A stretch of 62,719 nt of DNA, filler included, from Globobulimina sp. (GCA_003354225.1; 28 parts of 28 records of this genome joined end to end with filler, not necessarily neighbours in it); one strand, 5' to 3'. Shown: positions 9,415 to 22,349, numbered from the whole stretch's first letter. Program-made: numbers and translations. The notes: generated by a model from the sequence alone, not told the origin.

Positions 9415-10896
9415 TTATTGGTCAATATCAGCAAACCTTTGTAATTGAGCATGTATAAAATTAACAAAACTAACAATATCACTTTGAAAGCGACCTGCTA
9501 TATCACTCATAACTTTCTCTAAAACGTCTTTCCATTTTGCTTCAATCTCCGACATATTAACCATATTATTCTTATTTTTTTGTGTCAAATTGCAAATATA
9601 ATGTTCAATGGTAATCACATTATCATTTGTCATACATTTATGTTGCGGGTAATTCCATGACATGGCTATAACCAAAGGAATATCAGCCACCACCACATAC
9701 ACATTCTCATTCTTTATGTTTTGCGTAAATGAAAATTTAAAAACCAACTGTCCGTTCTCAGGCAACCACGGCAACATTCTATCATTATTTGCATAAATAT
9801 GCTCCAATTGCTTAATATCCCTATACCGCAAATCCAATCTCTTCAAACATAGCAATATCTCAATCACAGCTCTTTTGATTGTAATCATTGGGGTATTCGC
9901 ATCATATTTGTAAGCCGACATAACAAATTCTTGAATCGCAGTGAATTTGGTATTATTTTGGTTGGTAATCTCGATGGATTTGATAGAATATGATAGCGAT
10001 TCGACATTTTCATTCCTTTGATATGATTCAATCAAAATTAATATTTTATAAATCTCATTGGATAATGATTTAAATTCAATGCATAATTTGTTGCACTTCT
10101 CATCAATTTCCAACGTTTGTATCGATAATAATCTCTTCAAAGATTCCAATTCCTTTTCTAAGCTATTCCTCATGGCATTGTTGGCAGAGCTTTCGTTGGA
10201 TTTATTTTCTTGAATAAAGATCATGTCTTTTAATGTCCGTATTTTTTTATTTAAAGATTCGTGTTTGAGATTTAATTTGTTATTGGCGGATTTTTCTTGA
10301 TTAATAATTGTTTTTTCTTTGTTGATGTTATTGTTTAAAGTATTTAAGATTTCTTTTTGTTGATTGAGAATATTTTTGCATTGTACTTCGTCGATTAACT
10401 CATTGATGGAATATTTGTTATTGTTGGTTGTGAGTTTTTTTTCTTGTTTGTTTTTCAGAGCAACGGATTCTTGATTCAATCGGACTAAATTTATTTTTTT
10501 TAAATTGATTTCTTGTTTTAATTTGAATATTTCTGAGATTATTTTTTCTGAATCTCGCCGATGTTTTCGCTTCTCCTCTTTTTTGTGGTTTAATCTTTCT
10601 TTTAATTTCTTGTTTTTTTCTTTGAGTTTTTTGAGTTCAATGTCTATTTTGTTATGGATGGTGTCGAAATTAGCGGAGCTTATCATTTCTAAGAATTCTT
10701 TTTTACCGCCATCATCCCGATATATTCTACGTTGTTCCGATAGAACGTTCTTTTTTTTGTTTTGTTTGCAAGATTTTGATTTTCCGTTTATGCGATGCAT
10801 ACAAACCTTTATGGAGTCTATATCAACGCGTGTGTTCGATTCAGAATTTTGTTCAACTTGCTCGAAAAAGTAATTTATGGACTGCTCTTCTTCCAT
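9415..10896 (-). CDS. Hypothetical coiled-coil protein
   Basis: 493-aa ORF with long K/E/N-rich heptad-like region. Confidence 0.65.
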   Translation of the reverse strand: MEEEQSINYFFEQVEQNSESNTRVDIDSIKVCMHRINGKSKSCKQNKKKNVLSEQRRIYRDDGGKKEFLEMISSANFDTIHNKIDIELKKLKEKNKKLKERLNHKKEEKRKHRRDSEKIISEIFKLKQEINLKKINLVRLNQESVALKNKQEKKLTTNNNKYSINELIDEVQCKNILNQQKEILNTLNNNINKEKTIINQEKSANNKLNLKHESLNKKIRTLKDMIFIQENKSNESSANNAMRNSLEKELESLKRLLSIQTLEIDEKCNKLCIEFKSLSNEIYKILILIESYQRNENVESLSYSIKSIEITNQNNTKFTAIQEFVMSAYKYDANTPMITIKRAVIEILLCLKRLDLRYRDIKQLEHIYANNDRMLPWLPENGQLVFKFSFTQNIKNENVYVVVADIPLVIAMSWNYPQHKCMTNDNVITIEHYICNLTQKNKNNMVNMSEIEAKWKDVLEKVMSDIAGRFQSDIVSFVNFIHAQLQRFADIDQ

Positions 10897-11318
10897 TATC
10901 GCGACTTCAACTAGTTAGTAAAAACCGTAGTTTAACATCACATTAATTTGAGAGCCACGAAATTGAAAACAACAAGAAACGAAAATACAAAAATGTCACT
11001 TTAAATTTTGCCAATTATTATTCGTGTTTCATTAACTCCAGGATACATTTCAAGGATTTCTTCATCTTTATCAAAATAATTTGAATTAAATAATAATGGT
11101 TTCTTAATATGTGATGGCGGATTGGCATNNNNNNNNNNNNNNNNNNNNNNNNNNNNNNNNNNNNNNNNNNNNTTAATTAATTAANNNNNNNNNNNNNNNN
11201 NNNNNNNNNNNNNNNNNNNNNNNNNNNNGATATCAATCATATCTATATAGAAAATTGGTGCATAACAAATGGTAAACGCATCAAAATTAAGATTGTTTGC
11301 AGGGAAATGTAGTGTCTG

Positions 11319-13373
11319 TTGAACAACACACGAATTGATTGTATTGGTTCCTGTCCAAACTCGCCAACAAATGACCCTTCAAAATATCCAACATCTTCAC
11401 CAACTCAATCACCCTCTAATCCACCTTCCTTTGCACCAATATTATATCCAACAATCCAACCGTCCATAAATCCGACTCCAAATCCGACATTATATCCAAC
11501 CATTATACCAAGTTCAAATCCGACAATACAGCCAACATCACCACCGACAATATATCCAACCACTGAACCAACACTCATTCCTAGTGAAATTCCATCCTTT
11601 TCACCAACCACAAATCCAAGCTTCCAACCAACATTATATCCAACTGTAAATCCAACAATTTTTCCCAGTGTGATACCAACTTTATATCCAACTGCTACAC
11701 CGACATCACACCCAACTGAAGAACCAACAGTAATTCCAACATTACAACCAACAACGATGCCTACTTTTGTGCCGTCACAAACTCCAACTATCGATCCTAC
11801 TTTTGTGCCGTCACAAACTCCAACTATTGATCCAACAATTTATCCCAGTATGATGCCAACTTTACGCCCTACTAAAGAACCAACAGTAACTCCGACATTA
11901 GAACCAACAACGATGCCTACTTTTGTGCCGTCACAAACTCCAAGTATCGATCCTACATTGCAACCAACTATCATTCCAACAATTTATCCAAGTACGATAC
12001 CAACTTTATATCCAACATTAAAGCCAACCACAATTCCTACTTTTGTCCCATCACAAATTACAACTACCGATCCAAGCATGATACCAAGTCAACGACTAAC
12101 ACTGATTCCTAGCTTTGTTCCATCATTTACGCCAACACCACAGCCAACAAAGCAACCATCATTACACCCAACTGACGGACCATCAGCAATTCCAACATTA
12201 CAACCAACAGCGATGCCTACTTTTATTCCATCACAAACTCCAACTATCCTTCCAACAAAACAACCAACAGCACAGCCAACAAAGCAACAAACAATAATTC
12301 CTACATTTCTTCCATCGTTTCCACCAACAATATATCCAACTGTGATACCGAGTTCATATCCAACTGTTTCATCACCATCAACATCACAACCAACTATCAT
12401 TCCAACATTCCATCCCATTCCAAGCAACATACCAACTGTTGATCCAACATCATATAAACCATCTTTTCAACACACAGCCTTACCATCAAATATAATATCA
12501 AAAAGTCCGAGTAATACACTCAGCAAAAATCCTACATCCTCCTTTTTTGCAACATCTCAATTCACCCAAACTCAAATTCCAACCACAAATATACAAACTC
12601 TATTAACAACAACCATGGACAACACAGAAGAATCAATGTCCAAAATTGCAGCGGATTCCGGTGTTCAATTTGAAAATAGCAATTTATTCATTATTGCTAT
12701 AGCATTAGTCGTTGTACTATTTCTTGTAATATGTATAATGGGATTAGTGATGGTTAAATCAAATAAAAATATTGAAAAACGTCTTGTTACGCAAGAGACT
12801 GAGACACAACGTCTACGTAGTTATGATCAGATTGGGCTATCAATTGAGAATGTAAAAGCTATTCCAGCTTTGAGGAATGATGAGGTTACACATGAAAAGG
12901 GACAAACTGATTTGTTAGCAATTGATGGTGACGGATCCGGACAAGATAGCAATGTTAGTTATGAGCAAATACCCAATGGAAGTGATAAAAGTGACAGTGA
13001 ACAATTGTTTGTTGAAATGATACATAGCGATGAGACAAAGATGGAGATTGAAATGCATGTTAACAATAATTCGAAGCAAGCAAAGAAAATTAATGCGGGG
13101 GATATTTCATTGAAAACATGGTTTGAGCAAAAGATAAATATTCCAAATTCAACGCATATTTATTATCAATTATTTGTTGATAATGGTTATGAAACAGTGG
13201 AAATTGTTGAATTATTAAATGAAAATAAATTGAAAAAGATGGGAATTAAAAAAGCCGGGCATATCGATAAAATTATGGTGGAAATTAAAAAATTGAAGAA
13301 AAGATCAGTTGTTGAGGGACATTCGGAAGGAACAGATGGAACTAATACTGATAAACAGAATGAATTGCAAGCA
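11319..13373 (+). CDS. Pro/Thr-rich mucin-like type I membrane protein with cytoplasmic SAM domain (partial)
   Basis: Dozens of PTxx/PSxx repeats, TM segment LFIIAIALVVVLFLVICIMGLVMV, SAM-like YYQLFVDNGYE...LKKMGIKKAGHIDKIM. Confidence 0.8.
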
Positions 13374-13578
13374 NNNNNNNNNNNNNNNNNNNNNNNNNNN
13401 NNNNNNNNNNNNNNNNNTTAATTAATTAANNNNNNNNNNNNNNNNNNNNNNNNNNNNNNNNNNNNNNNNNNNNACTTTACAAAAGAATCTCCCCATAAAT
13501 GTTAGAATTTGGAGTGATTCAAATATGCATAATTGGTCATATGGATCAGTTAAAATTTTATCAAATCCATTGGTTCAA

Positions 13579-14788
13579 TAGGGGTCTCCGATATGTACTG
13601 AATTTTCATTCAGTTTGACAGAGTTTTTCATTTTTTTTAAGAATCCTGTCGAACAGGTATTCAGTCGCTACCAATTCACACGAAAACAAATCGAAATTCG
13701 GCATGGATACATTGATGAAATTACGTCGCAACAAACAATGACACGTTACAATGTGAACGTATGCCTATGAATATAATCAATGAAATGCCAAAGATATTGT
13801 CGTTTGATATTACTATTTAAATTGTATGTGATTGGTATTTGGCTATTTGCGTATAATGGATATTTCATTTGGTATTTAAACGTCAAAATTATGCAACATA
13901 TCATTGGAAAGCTGGGAATTTGCTTGTTGTGATGGTATTATGTTAAATCAATTGCAACTATCAATTTACTGCAATTTCCAACAAGAAAATATCATTATTT
14001 TTACTATATTTAATATCACTGTTTTTATTATATTTACAATCAATATTATTGTTTTCATTATATTTAATAGTTTTTCTCATCTCTGTACAGTTGTATTCAT
14101 TGTTGGGCATATTATCGGATTCATTTTAGCTGTGTTTACCATATTTAATATCATTATTAATTGATGTAATTAGTTATTTTATAATCATTGTATACAGCAA
14201 CGAATTTTATAATTTATGGATTTTAAATTGAAGATATTTGGAGTTGAACATTTTTGCGAATGACACTAAAATGTGCTGAAACTAAACATAGATAATAAGA
14301 TTAAAGAAAATATCAAATAATAAATTGATTTGGAGTAATATTAGTTGATTAAAAATGGTCGATCATGGAATTTTAATTATAATTAAATTAATATAACGCT
14401 CTACTTTTGTGTTACTTTGTATAACGCTCTCAATCATGAATATGCAAATGCAACCAATGAGTAATTGAAGGGAGAGTTATGTCTGATTTGTAGAATGAAT
14501 ATGCGCGAAGCGAAAAAAAAAATTGATGGGATGTGATGGGATGGATGCAGGCGTTACCCACTTGTCAAACAAGAAAATATAACATTAAAAATAATTTTTT
14601 ATGTGTGATTTTATGTGAAAGTGCAAGGATATTTTATTTGTGTATTTTTTGTGGATGTCTTTTCTTTTTGGCATGATTTAAAAGGGATTTACGACCTTTT
14701 GAAAATTTGACGACTTATTGAACTGATTGGAAATTTAGAAGCTGTTTGACAGGTTTTTAAAAAAATCAGTACTTATCGGAGACCCCTA
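13579..14788. mobile_element. Non-autonomous DNA transposon (about 1.2 kb, MITE-like) with about 28-bp terminal inverted repeats
   Basis: Left TAGGGGTCTCCGATATGTACTGAATTTT; right (reverse complement) TAGGGGTCTCCGATAAGTACTGATTTTT. Flanks fit a TA or AAT target-site duplication. No transposase inside. Confidence 0.8.
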
Positions 14789-15406
14789 ATGACAGGCTGA
14801 ATCACATTGAAATTAAATATTTTATCACCATTTGGTTTAATATGATGTTATCCCACAATGATTGATATCATGTTTTAAATCTATAATATGTTGGGGAATG
14901 GCCATGGCTATGATTTAACAATGCTTTAATAAATTGATAATCTGCAATGATTGGATGAGACAAAATGCTTCTAATAATGCTAAAAAATGGAATTAGTGAC
15001 TGTGGTGGATTGATTTTTCGGTGTGATTGTGTGTTGATATAATGGTTGGATTGAGATTGAGACACCACTGTTGGCGGAGAAGAGATTGAAGTAGACATGA
15101 TGTAATTATTTGGCAGTTTGAAGTTTTCTCTCAAGATATTCGTATTTCTAGATGGAATGGACAATTTAGTCTTTCATCTAATCAATCATATTCATAGCCA
15201 TTGCCAGAATGAACTTAGAGTTTTTCACTAATTAATTAAAGTCAAATGATTGATTTGTTGTTTATGATATCACCAGCCAAGTTTATCCCAGCTGTTGCAC
15301 GAGCTTGCAAAGTTTGGTAATTGAATCAGTCATTTTCACCTGTTTTTGTTTCGATCCCATGATTGGGACAACAAACAAAATGCAATTCTATGAAGCGTAA
15401 ACAATC

Positions 15407-15617
15407 GTGACCGACAGGGCAAAAGAAGGAATGAAAAGCTCCCATTTGAAACTATACTTCCTTGCATTGGCTCTAGTTTGGACTCTTGTCGTAGGAGTTT
15501 CTCTATTGTGGAATATCCATACTGAGGATCAAAACGCTTTTAACTTCGCACGGTCTGAAGCATTGGGTGTATATAATAAAGATCTTGTATACCGACGCTG
15601 GGCAGCTTCCCATGGTG
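15407..15617 (+). CDS. Bacterial DUF3365-type membrane sensor protein, N-terminal fragment
   Basis: TM helix LALVWTLVVGVSLLWN followed by A....KDLVYRRWAASHG; composition shift from the upstream AT-rich DNA. Confidence 0.65.
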
Positions 15618-16111
15618 NNNNNNNNNNNNNNNNNNNNNNNNNNNNNNNNNNNNNNNNNNNNTTAATTAATTAANNNNNNNNNNNNNNNNNNNNNNNNNNN
15701 NNNNNNNNNNNNNNNNNAAAATGACTTAAATTAATCCTCTAAATTACGATTTTATGATTGCTTTCAATAAATGTGATTGGTTTGTGATAGAATATCGATA
15801 TTCCAATTAATTGATTGAATTTATATTGAATATAATGATTTATGGTATCCATTTGCGACAATTTATGAAGAATGCGACTTTGCCGATGGTCTGGTCATAA
15901 ATGACCAAACCACCCAAAAACTTTTAACAAAAAAGACTCTAGAATAAGATATGAGTGATTTCAATGATGCCATAAGGTCTATGTGATTTTTGTACATATA
16001 ACAATTACCGTCATTCAACGATTTTTTTCGTTAAATGACCGTCATCCATGTTTCTTATTGAATCAAATTAAATCATTATTAAATCATTATTAAATCATTA
16101 TTAAATCATTA

Positions 16112-16473
16112 CAGTGGGTCATCTTATATTGCCCAACGGACAATATCAGATGAAATATTTTTCATCACAGATTTATTGGACAATATAAGAAGTGGACAAT
16201 ATAAGAAGTGGACAATATAAGATGTGGACAATATAAGATGCAGTATTTGCGATCTGAGCATATCAAATGTAGACTATATCAGATGCAAAATATAAGATCT
16301 CTATCATCTGCATCCACTTCTTTCCATATTTCCTACACCAAAGCATGATATTTCCTCAAATTTACCAATTTTGACAATATGAGATGCAAGATTTGCGATT
16401 TTGAAATGTGTTATTTATTGGACAATACAAGAAGTAGACAATATAAGAAGAGGACAATATAAGATGATCATAT
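16112..16473. mobile_element. Small MITE-like element with internal 16-bp tandem repeats, inserted in an 11-bp minisatellite
   Basis: TA-CAGTGGGTCATCTTATATTGCCC at left vs GGACAATATAAGATGATC at right (inverted); tandem GGACAATATAAGAAGT units; TAAATCATTAT/TAAATCAATAT repeats on both flanks. Confidence 0.55.
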
Positions 16474-16652
16474 TAAATCAATATTAAATCAATATTAAAT
16501 CAATTTTAAATTATTATTGAATCAATTAAATCAAATTAAATCAAATCAAATCAATATTAATCATTGCAATTAAATAAACCTCACCGTCATTCAACGAAAA
16601 AAAAATAAACCTGACCGGCATCTCAAAATTGTATACGATTGACAAAAATAAT

Positions 16653-17483
16653 TTAATATAATTTAATATTGAATTTTCTCCAAATATATTTTATATCGGC
16701 ATTATTCCAAAAGCAAAATAAAAACTCATCCAAAATAAAATTAATTACTTTATCAAAATGTCTGCCATTTTTATTTGACAAAAATATTTCAAAACAGCCA
16801 CTTTGATACGTTTTCAATAGAAACAAATATAAATGTTTTTCGATGTCATTCTTGGAAATAATATCATGTCCATGTCCAATATATCCATTATCATTAAAAC
16901 CCGACAATATATTTATCGTTTTCTCATATCTAAAATATTATCGTATATTTATCGGATAGAACATATTATCTAAAATCGGCACAATATTCCCCCGCAAACT
17001 AGCGACAATATTGGTGATTATTTGCAATGTAAACACACAATTATTGGTATTGATATATTCAATGTATAATTTTAATGCGGAATTTAATTGATTTATGATA
17101 TTATTTCGCAAAATATACACCATTTAATGTATAAAACTAATGGAAACCTGCCTCAATTCATCGCCGTTTGGCAAACATAAATAACATTGAATCACAATGT
17201 CAGTGAATTCAATTAAAATATTCTTAATACATTCGCGATTATTCTCAGAATTGTCATTGAAATTATTCACAAATCCAAACGGCTTAAAAAAGGACTGCAT
17301 GCAACTTATATATTGGGACATTATTTGCGACACTAACATTCGATTAATATTTGTCCACTCATTTCTACTCATAATATAATGCTTCAATTCATTCATAAAT
17401 ATCGCACATATTTTGTTACAATGTTGATACAATTTATTTTTATAACCCTTATTTAATAAAATCAATTGTCTCAAAACGCGCAT
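16653..17483 (-). pseudogene. Disrupted exportin-T-like (HEAT-repeat karyopherin) C-terminal region
   Basis: ELRQVSISFIH*MVYIL resembles the exportin-T R...FLHRM..L motif; ORFs 17124-17483 and 16938-17123 are in frame but split by stops. Confidence 0.4.
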
Positions 17484-17961
17484 ATATTCTTCACATCCTT
17501 GCTATCAAATTTGTTGATTTACAATATTCCATTCTATATTGATTTAATATATTAAAATTACTGAATTGTGACTATAAAATATATACAAAAATTATACGGA
17601 TTTTGAATGATATTTGACTATTTTATATTGATTTCATTTAATTTGATGGTAATTGTTATATGTACAAAAATCACATAGACCTTATGGCATCATTGAAATC
17701 ACTCATATCTTATTCTAGAGTCACTTTTAAATGTGGTTTTAGATGTATTTTTTGTTAAAAGTTTTTGGGTGGTTTGGTCATTTATGACCAGACCATCGGC
17801 AAAGTCGCATTCTTCATAAATTGTCGCAAATGGATACCATAATTCTCAATCCATAATGCAANNNNNNNNNNNNNNNNNNNNNNNNNNNNNNNNNNNNNNN
17901 NNNNNTTAATTAATTAANNNNNNNNNNNNNNNNNNNNNNNNNNNNNNNNNNNNNNNNNNNN

Positions 17962-18391
17962 ATCACAATATAACAAATTAAATAAAGATTTACGAGAAAA
18001 ATTGATTGTTTTCAATGATAATGATAATAAAATAATTTCAAATCCATTAAATTTACCAATTTCACAAATCAAATTTATCAATGAATATAAATGGAAAATT
18101 GACAAACAACAATTTCTTAAATTTAAACAATTGAAAACAGGCGAAATGTTATATGGTCCTCAATTTAAATATGCATTGGATGATGGTATTGGGGATGTGG
18201 TATTTGTCGGTGTTATTCGCAGATCAGATCCATCACAAACTGATTTATGTGGATATGGAATTATAATTAAAAAATTACCATCCACTGTATCATCCATTAA
18301 CATTTCATGGAGTTTTTTATTTGAAGAAGCAAACTATGAAATGGGAGAAGAGTCTGTTGTATTAAAAGAAGGTGATTGTTTGTTGTTGTAG
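17962..18391 (+). CDS. Hypothetical protein fragment
   Basis: Open frame from contig start; no motif recognised. Confidence 0.4.
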
Positions 18392-18713
18392 CTTGTGAAT
18401 ATTGTTTGTTGTAGCTTGTGAATATTAAATGCAGTGTTTAATATCCCATGAAAGTTGTTCTTATTTGTTGTTTGCATATGCTTGGACGAAACAACGTTGC
18501 TGAATTTAATTATTTGTTGCTCGGAGTCTTTAATCCTCTGTCGGGAAGGAAAGATTTATTTAAGCTGGTTTTCATCTTAGTGCATCGATATAAAAAAACG
18601 TTTTTCAACCTGAAATAATACGCTGTTACAATGACAGAATTAGAACAACTGAGTGTATGTATCTTTGAATGTAACAAAACCTCCAAACAAACCGGTTTGC
18701 TTTTGATAAGAAA

Positions 18714-19715
18714 ATGACGATTGTGGTGGCAGATACAGGAGACATTGAAGCAATAAAGAAGCATAAACCCACAGATTCAACAACCAATCCATCATTAGTA
18801 TTGAAAGCATTATCTGCCATGCAATCAGAGGACGGAAAAGATGAGAAAGAGAATGAAGAATATGACAACTTATTACAATTAGCAGTTGATTACGTTAACA
18901 ACAAAAGCACCGATGATGCCTCATTAAGTGATAAATTATCATTAGGCATTGATCGATTATCCGTAGAATTTGGTGTGCGTATTTTATCCGTCATCCCCGG
19001 CTATGTATCGACCGAATTAGATGCACGATTATCATACGACATTAACAATTCTGTCAAACGCGCTGTGAATGTCATAGCAATGTATGAAGAATTAGGTGTT
19101 AAAAACGCCAAAGAACGCGTTTTAATCAAAGTAGCCACCACTTGGGAAGGCATCCAAATCGCTAAAATATTACAGGACAAATATGCAATTAAGTGCAATA
19201 TGACATTATTGTTCAGTATATATCAGGCGGCGGCTGCCTCGCAAGTGGCCAATGCCTTTTTAGTGTCGCCGTTTGTGGGCAGAATCACGGATTGGTACAA
19301 GAAAAATGACAATGTGCAATCCTATGATGCCTTTGTCGACGATCCCGGCGTGCAATCTGTGAAGAATATATATGGATATTATAAGCGGACCAAAGCAAAA
19401 ACCATTGTGATGGGCGCTTCCTTTCGAAACAAAAATCAAGTGTTGGCATTGGCGGGTTGCGATCGGTTGACCATTGCACCGAAATGGTTGCAATTAATGA
19501 ATGAGTGCAACGATGAGGTTAAGCCGCAGTTAGTTGACGAGGGCGACGCATCGGAGACTATTTATAAGGATGTATTGGATATCGATGAGGCGGCGTATAG
19601 ATTTGGAATGTGTATGGATGCCATGGCTACGGAAAAATTGGCTGAAGGAATAAGAAAATTTTCGGCTGATATTATTAAAGTCGAAAATATATTAAAGCCA
19701 TTATTGCAAAATTGA
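18714..19715 (+). CDS. tal: Transaldolase
   Basis: VVADTGD, DSTTNPSL, GYVSTELDARLS, LIKVATTWEGI, CNMTLLFS, SPFVGRI, MGASFRN, EKLAEGIRKF. Confidence 0.97.
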   Translation: MTIVVADTGDIEAIKKHKPTDSTTNPSLVLKALSAMQSEDGKDEKENEEYDNLLQLAVDYVNNKSTDDASLSDKLSLGIDRLSVEFGVRILSVIPGYVSTELDARLSYDINNSVKRAVNVIAMYEELGVKNAKERVLIKVATTWEGIQIAKILQDKYAIKCNMTLLFSIYQAAAASQVANAFLVSPFVGRITDWYKKNDNVQSYDAFVDDPGVQSVKNIYGYYKRTKAKTIVMGASFRNKNQVLALAGCDRLTIAPKWLQLMNECNDEVKPQLVDEGDASETIYKDVLDIDEAAYRFGMCMDAMATEKLAEGIRKFSADIIKVENILKPLLQN

Positions 19716-19870
19716 GATATGATATACTTATATTATAATAATTTTAGTTCGTTAACTTCATTTAAGTTTAGTTGTTAGTATTTTGAAGCAGATTGCGGCG
19801 TGTTTGAAATTGACGGAAACTTCTCCCTGAAAATTTTTAGTCTGAGTCTAAAAGCAATAATAGGTAAACA

Positions 19871-20105
19871 ATGGCGTATGAACCAGAAACAAACGAAGCA
19901 TTGGCTCAATGTAAGGACATGTTAGCAGGCATATTGGCAGGCGGCGTGGGCAAAGTCATTGAGTACCCTTTGGACACATTTAAAGTGCTATGCCAAATAA
20001 ATCCGGAAACATCATTCTCAACTATCCAATTAGCAAAAGATGTAATCAAAAATGAAGGTATCACCCGTATTTACCGTGGCTTATCCGCACCATTATTTGG
20101 TTCAT
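19871..20105 (+). CDS. Mitochondrial carrier family (SLC25) protein, N-terminal fragment
   Basis: AG..G....YPLDTFKV signature, EG....YRGLSAPL.G. Confidence 0.9.
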
Positions 20106-20328
20106 NNNNNNNNNNNNNNNNNNNNNNNNNNNNNNNNNNNNNNNNNNNNTTAATTAATTAANNNNNNNNNNNNNNNNNNNNNNNNNNNNNNNNNNNNNNN
20201 NNNNNATTATATTTTCAATTTTAATATTGGCGATATTGCCAAATCATCAATGATATCATTTTAATGATTTCATGATGATACATTAACGGCTTGGTGTCAA
20301 CACAAATTTGGGTGTACCAAGTCTTGCC

Positions 20329-20433
20329 TATCAGCTCAACTGTGTTTAAATAAAAAAGCAGTGGCAAACAGTAAATATACTGTATTTACTGTTTGGTCAC
20401 TGCTTTTTTATGTAAACACAGTGGAGTTGGATA
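20329..20433. repeat. Long near-perfect palindrome (about 50-bp arms, 3-nt loop)
   Basis: ACTGTGTTTAAATAAAAAAGCAGTGGCAAACAGTAAATAT-ACT-GTATTTACTGTTTGGTCACTGCTTTTTTATGTAAACACAGT. Confidence 0.85.
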
Positions 20434-20628
20434 TTGCTTTTTTGATATGATGATATTTGCAAAGTGAATACAAACTGTACATTGCAATTGGTTTTTTGCA
20501 AACCCAATGCAAACTTTATATTGATCGATATGTATGCAAGGGGCGGGTTATGTAACCACGGGGGAGGTATGTATCAAAACTCATCGTTTAATTATATTTA
20601 AGAGTTTTTTTTTTCTAGTCTAGTCCTG

Positions 20629-21096
20629 ATGAGCTTGACATCCTTTCCGGATATCAATACAATTAAACCAAAAGCATCAACATCATCTGAAACTGATCAT
20701 GAAGGTTGTGATATCGACACCGGTATCGATGTTGATGTCGATATCAATAATATATTACAAAAGTATTTAAAAATGGATTCACCCACATTTTCTAAATCAC
20801 CAGACATCGAGTACGAAGCCTGCCATATCAATGATTTAGTACAAAAGTATTTACATAGCACTTCACCATCGACATCATGTTCATCACAATGTGATTTTTT
20901 ATTTGATGATAATAATGATTCAAATTCAGATAATAAAGATACAAATGGCTGTAATAAATATCATATCGATGTACCATCATTAACGTTATCAAATATACGT
21001 AATTCATCCATAATATATTCACCTTCACCTTCATGGGCTGCGCTGTCTGCGCATGAAACTGAGACTAAGTCACCTGTTCTTTCCTCAAATAGTTAA
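20629..21096 (+). CDS. Hypothetical Ser/Asp-rich protein
   Basis: 155-aa ORF with an internal repeat (INNILQKYL/INDLVQKYL). Confidence 0.45.
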   Translation: MSLTSFPDINTIKPKASTSSETDHEGCDIDTGIDVDVDINNILQKYLKMDSPTFSKSPDIEYEACHINDLVQKYLHSTSPSTSCSSQCDFLFDDNNDSNSDNKDTNGCNKYHIDVPSLTLSNIRNSSIIYSPSPSWAALSAHETETKSPVLSSNS

Positions 21097-21505
21097 TTTT
21101 GTATTCTTTATTTCTTTAATTTGCGACAAATTGTTTTTGTTTTTGTTTTTGTTACATGTACAGAATAAATGTTGAAGGTGACAGAAAGAATAAATGTTAA
21201 ACAAAACACAATATATTATCCGTTTATATCTTTTGCTGGTAATTGCAAATATAAAGTCATTTGAAATATGTTTGTTTTGTGTGTGTGTTGTAATTAATGT
21301 GTTCATACAATTTGTAATGTTATATATTGCTTTATTTCCTTCCTTTTAATATAATCTTAGCTTTATCTTCCCTTTCGAATATATATTGTTTTTGTATATC
21401 CATCAAAATCAGAACTCATAGTTTCAAGATTCAGGAAGTAGGCATAAAGTTGACTCGCTAGAGAAAAAAACTTATAAATATATATTACAGAGTCATGCAT
21501 TAAAA

Positions 21506-22349
21506 TTATAATTTACTTTTTAAATCTTGATCTTGAGAATATTGAATACCAACTTGTTTCCTGATTTCATCCATAATTTTCATTGTAATTAACATTTCCT
21601 TTAATGTATAATTTGGTGATTCTTTTCTTCCCTCATCCAAACATTTAATAACTTCCTCAATCTGATATATCATACCCTCACTCCGTACAAATATTGTCTC
21701 ATATGGCGAATTTTTTAAATTAAAGTCAAAGGTTCTACACTCACCAACACTCCCTTCGTCTAATAATCCACCATCTATATATAACGTTATTTTTGTTGGT
21801 GCGTGGGATGGCGATTCAATTCTTATTCTCCCCTTAGTTCCACTTATTAATCTCTCTTGAAATGAATTTGTATTAAAATTACAACTTATTTGCGCATATT
21901 GTTTATCGTTATATATTAATGTTGCACCTACAGTGGTATCCACATTATATGTCCTATCAACCACGCCGGCCGCTGATATTTTGGATGGCATCACCGCTCC
22001 AAATATCCAACTTAAAGGATTTATGGGATAACAACCAAGATCTAATATTGCTCCACCACCTATACATTTATATATTTATATAGTATTTTAAAGCAAAACA
22101 AATTATTTTTGTATATTTATATATTTATACAGTATTTTTGTATAGTTATATATTTATAGTATTTTTGTATATTTATATAGTAAAAGTACCCAAATTATTT
22201 TGCCATAATCGTGGGAATTCTCGAGCAGAGTACCCAAAATCGCCATAATAATGAACAACATCACCAATCACACCACTTGCAATTAATTCACGTACTTTGC
22301 GATATGCCGGAAAAAAGCGAGTCCACATTGCTTCCATAAAAAAAACATT
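21506..22349 (-). CDS. Gfo/Idh/MocA oxidoreductase (dihydrodiol/D-xylose dehydrogenase-like), partial, spliced
   Basis: FFMEAMWTRFFP, LGGGAILDLGCYP across GT-AG intron 22060-22189, GTKGRIRI, MDEIRKQVG. Confidence 0.88.

Larger units (their letters stand above)
15840..17842. repeat. Long inverted repeat: 15840-16009 vs 17648-17842
   Basis: Arms match except for a 25-nt segment (TACATCTAAAACCACATTTAAAAGT) missing from the left arm. Confidence 0.85.

Noticed and set aside
16178-16470. GGACAATATAAGAAGT repeats as a CRISPR array
   Set aside because: 16-bp units are directly tandem or irregularly spaced, with no unique constant-length spacers and no cas genes.
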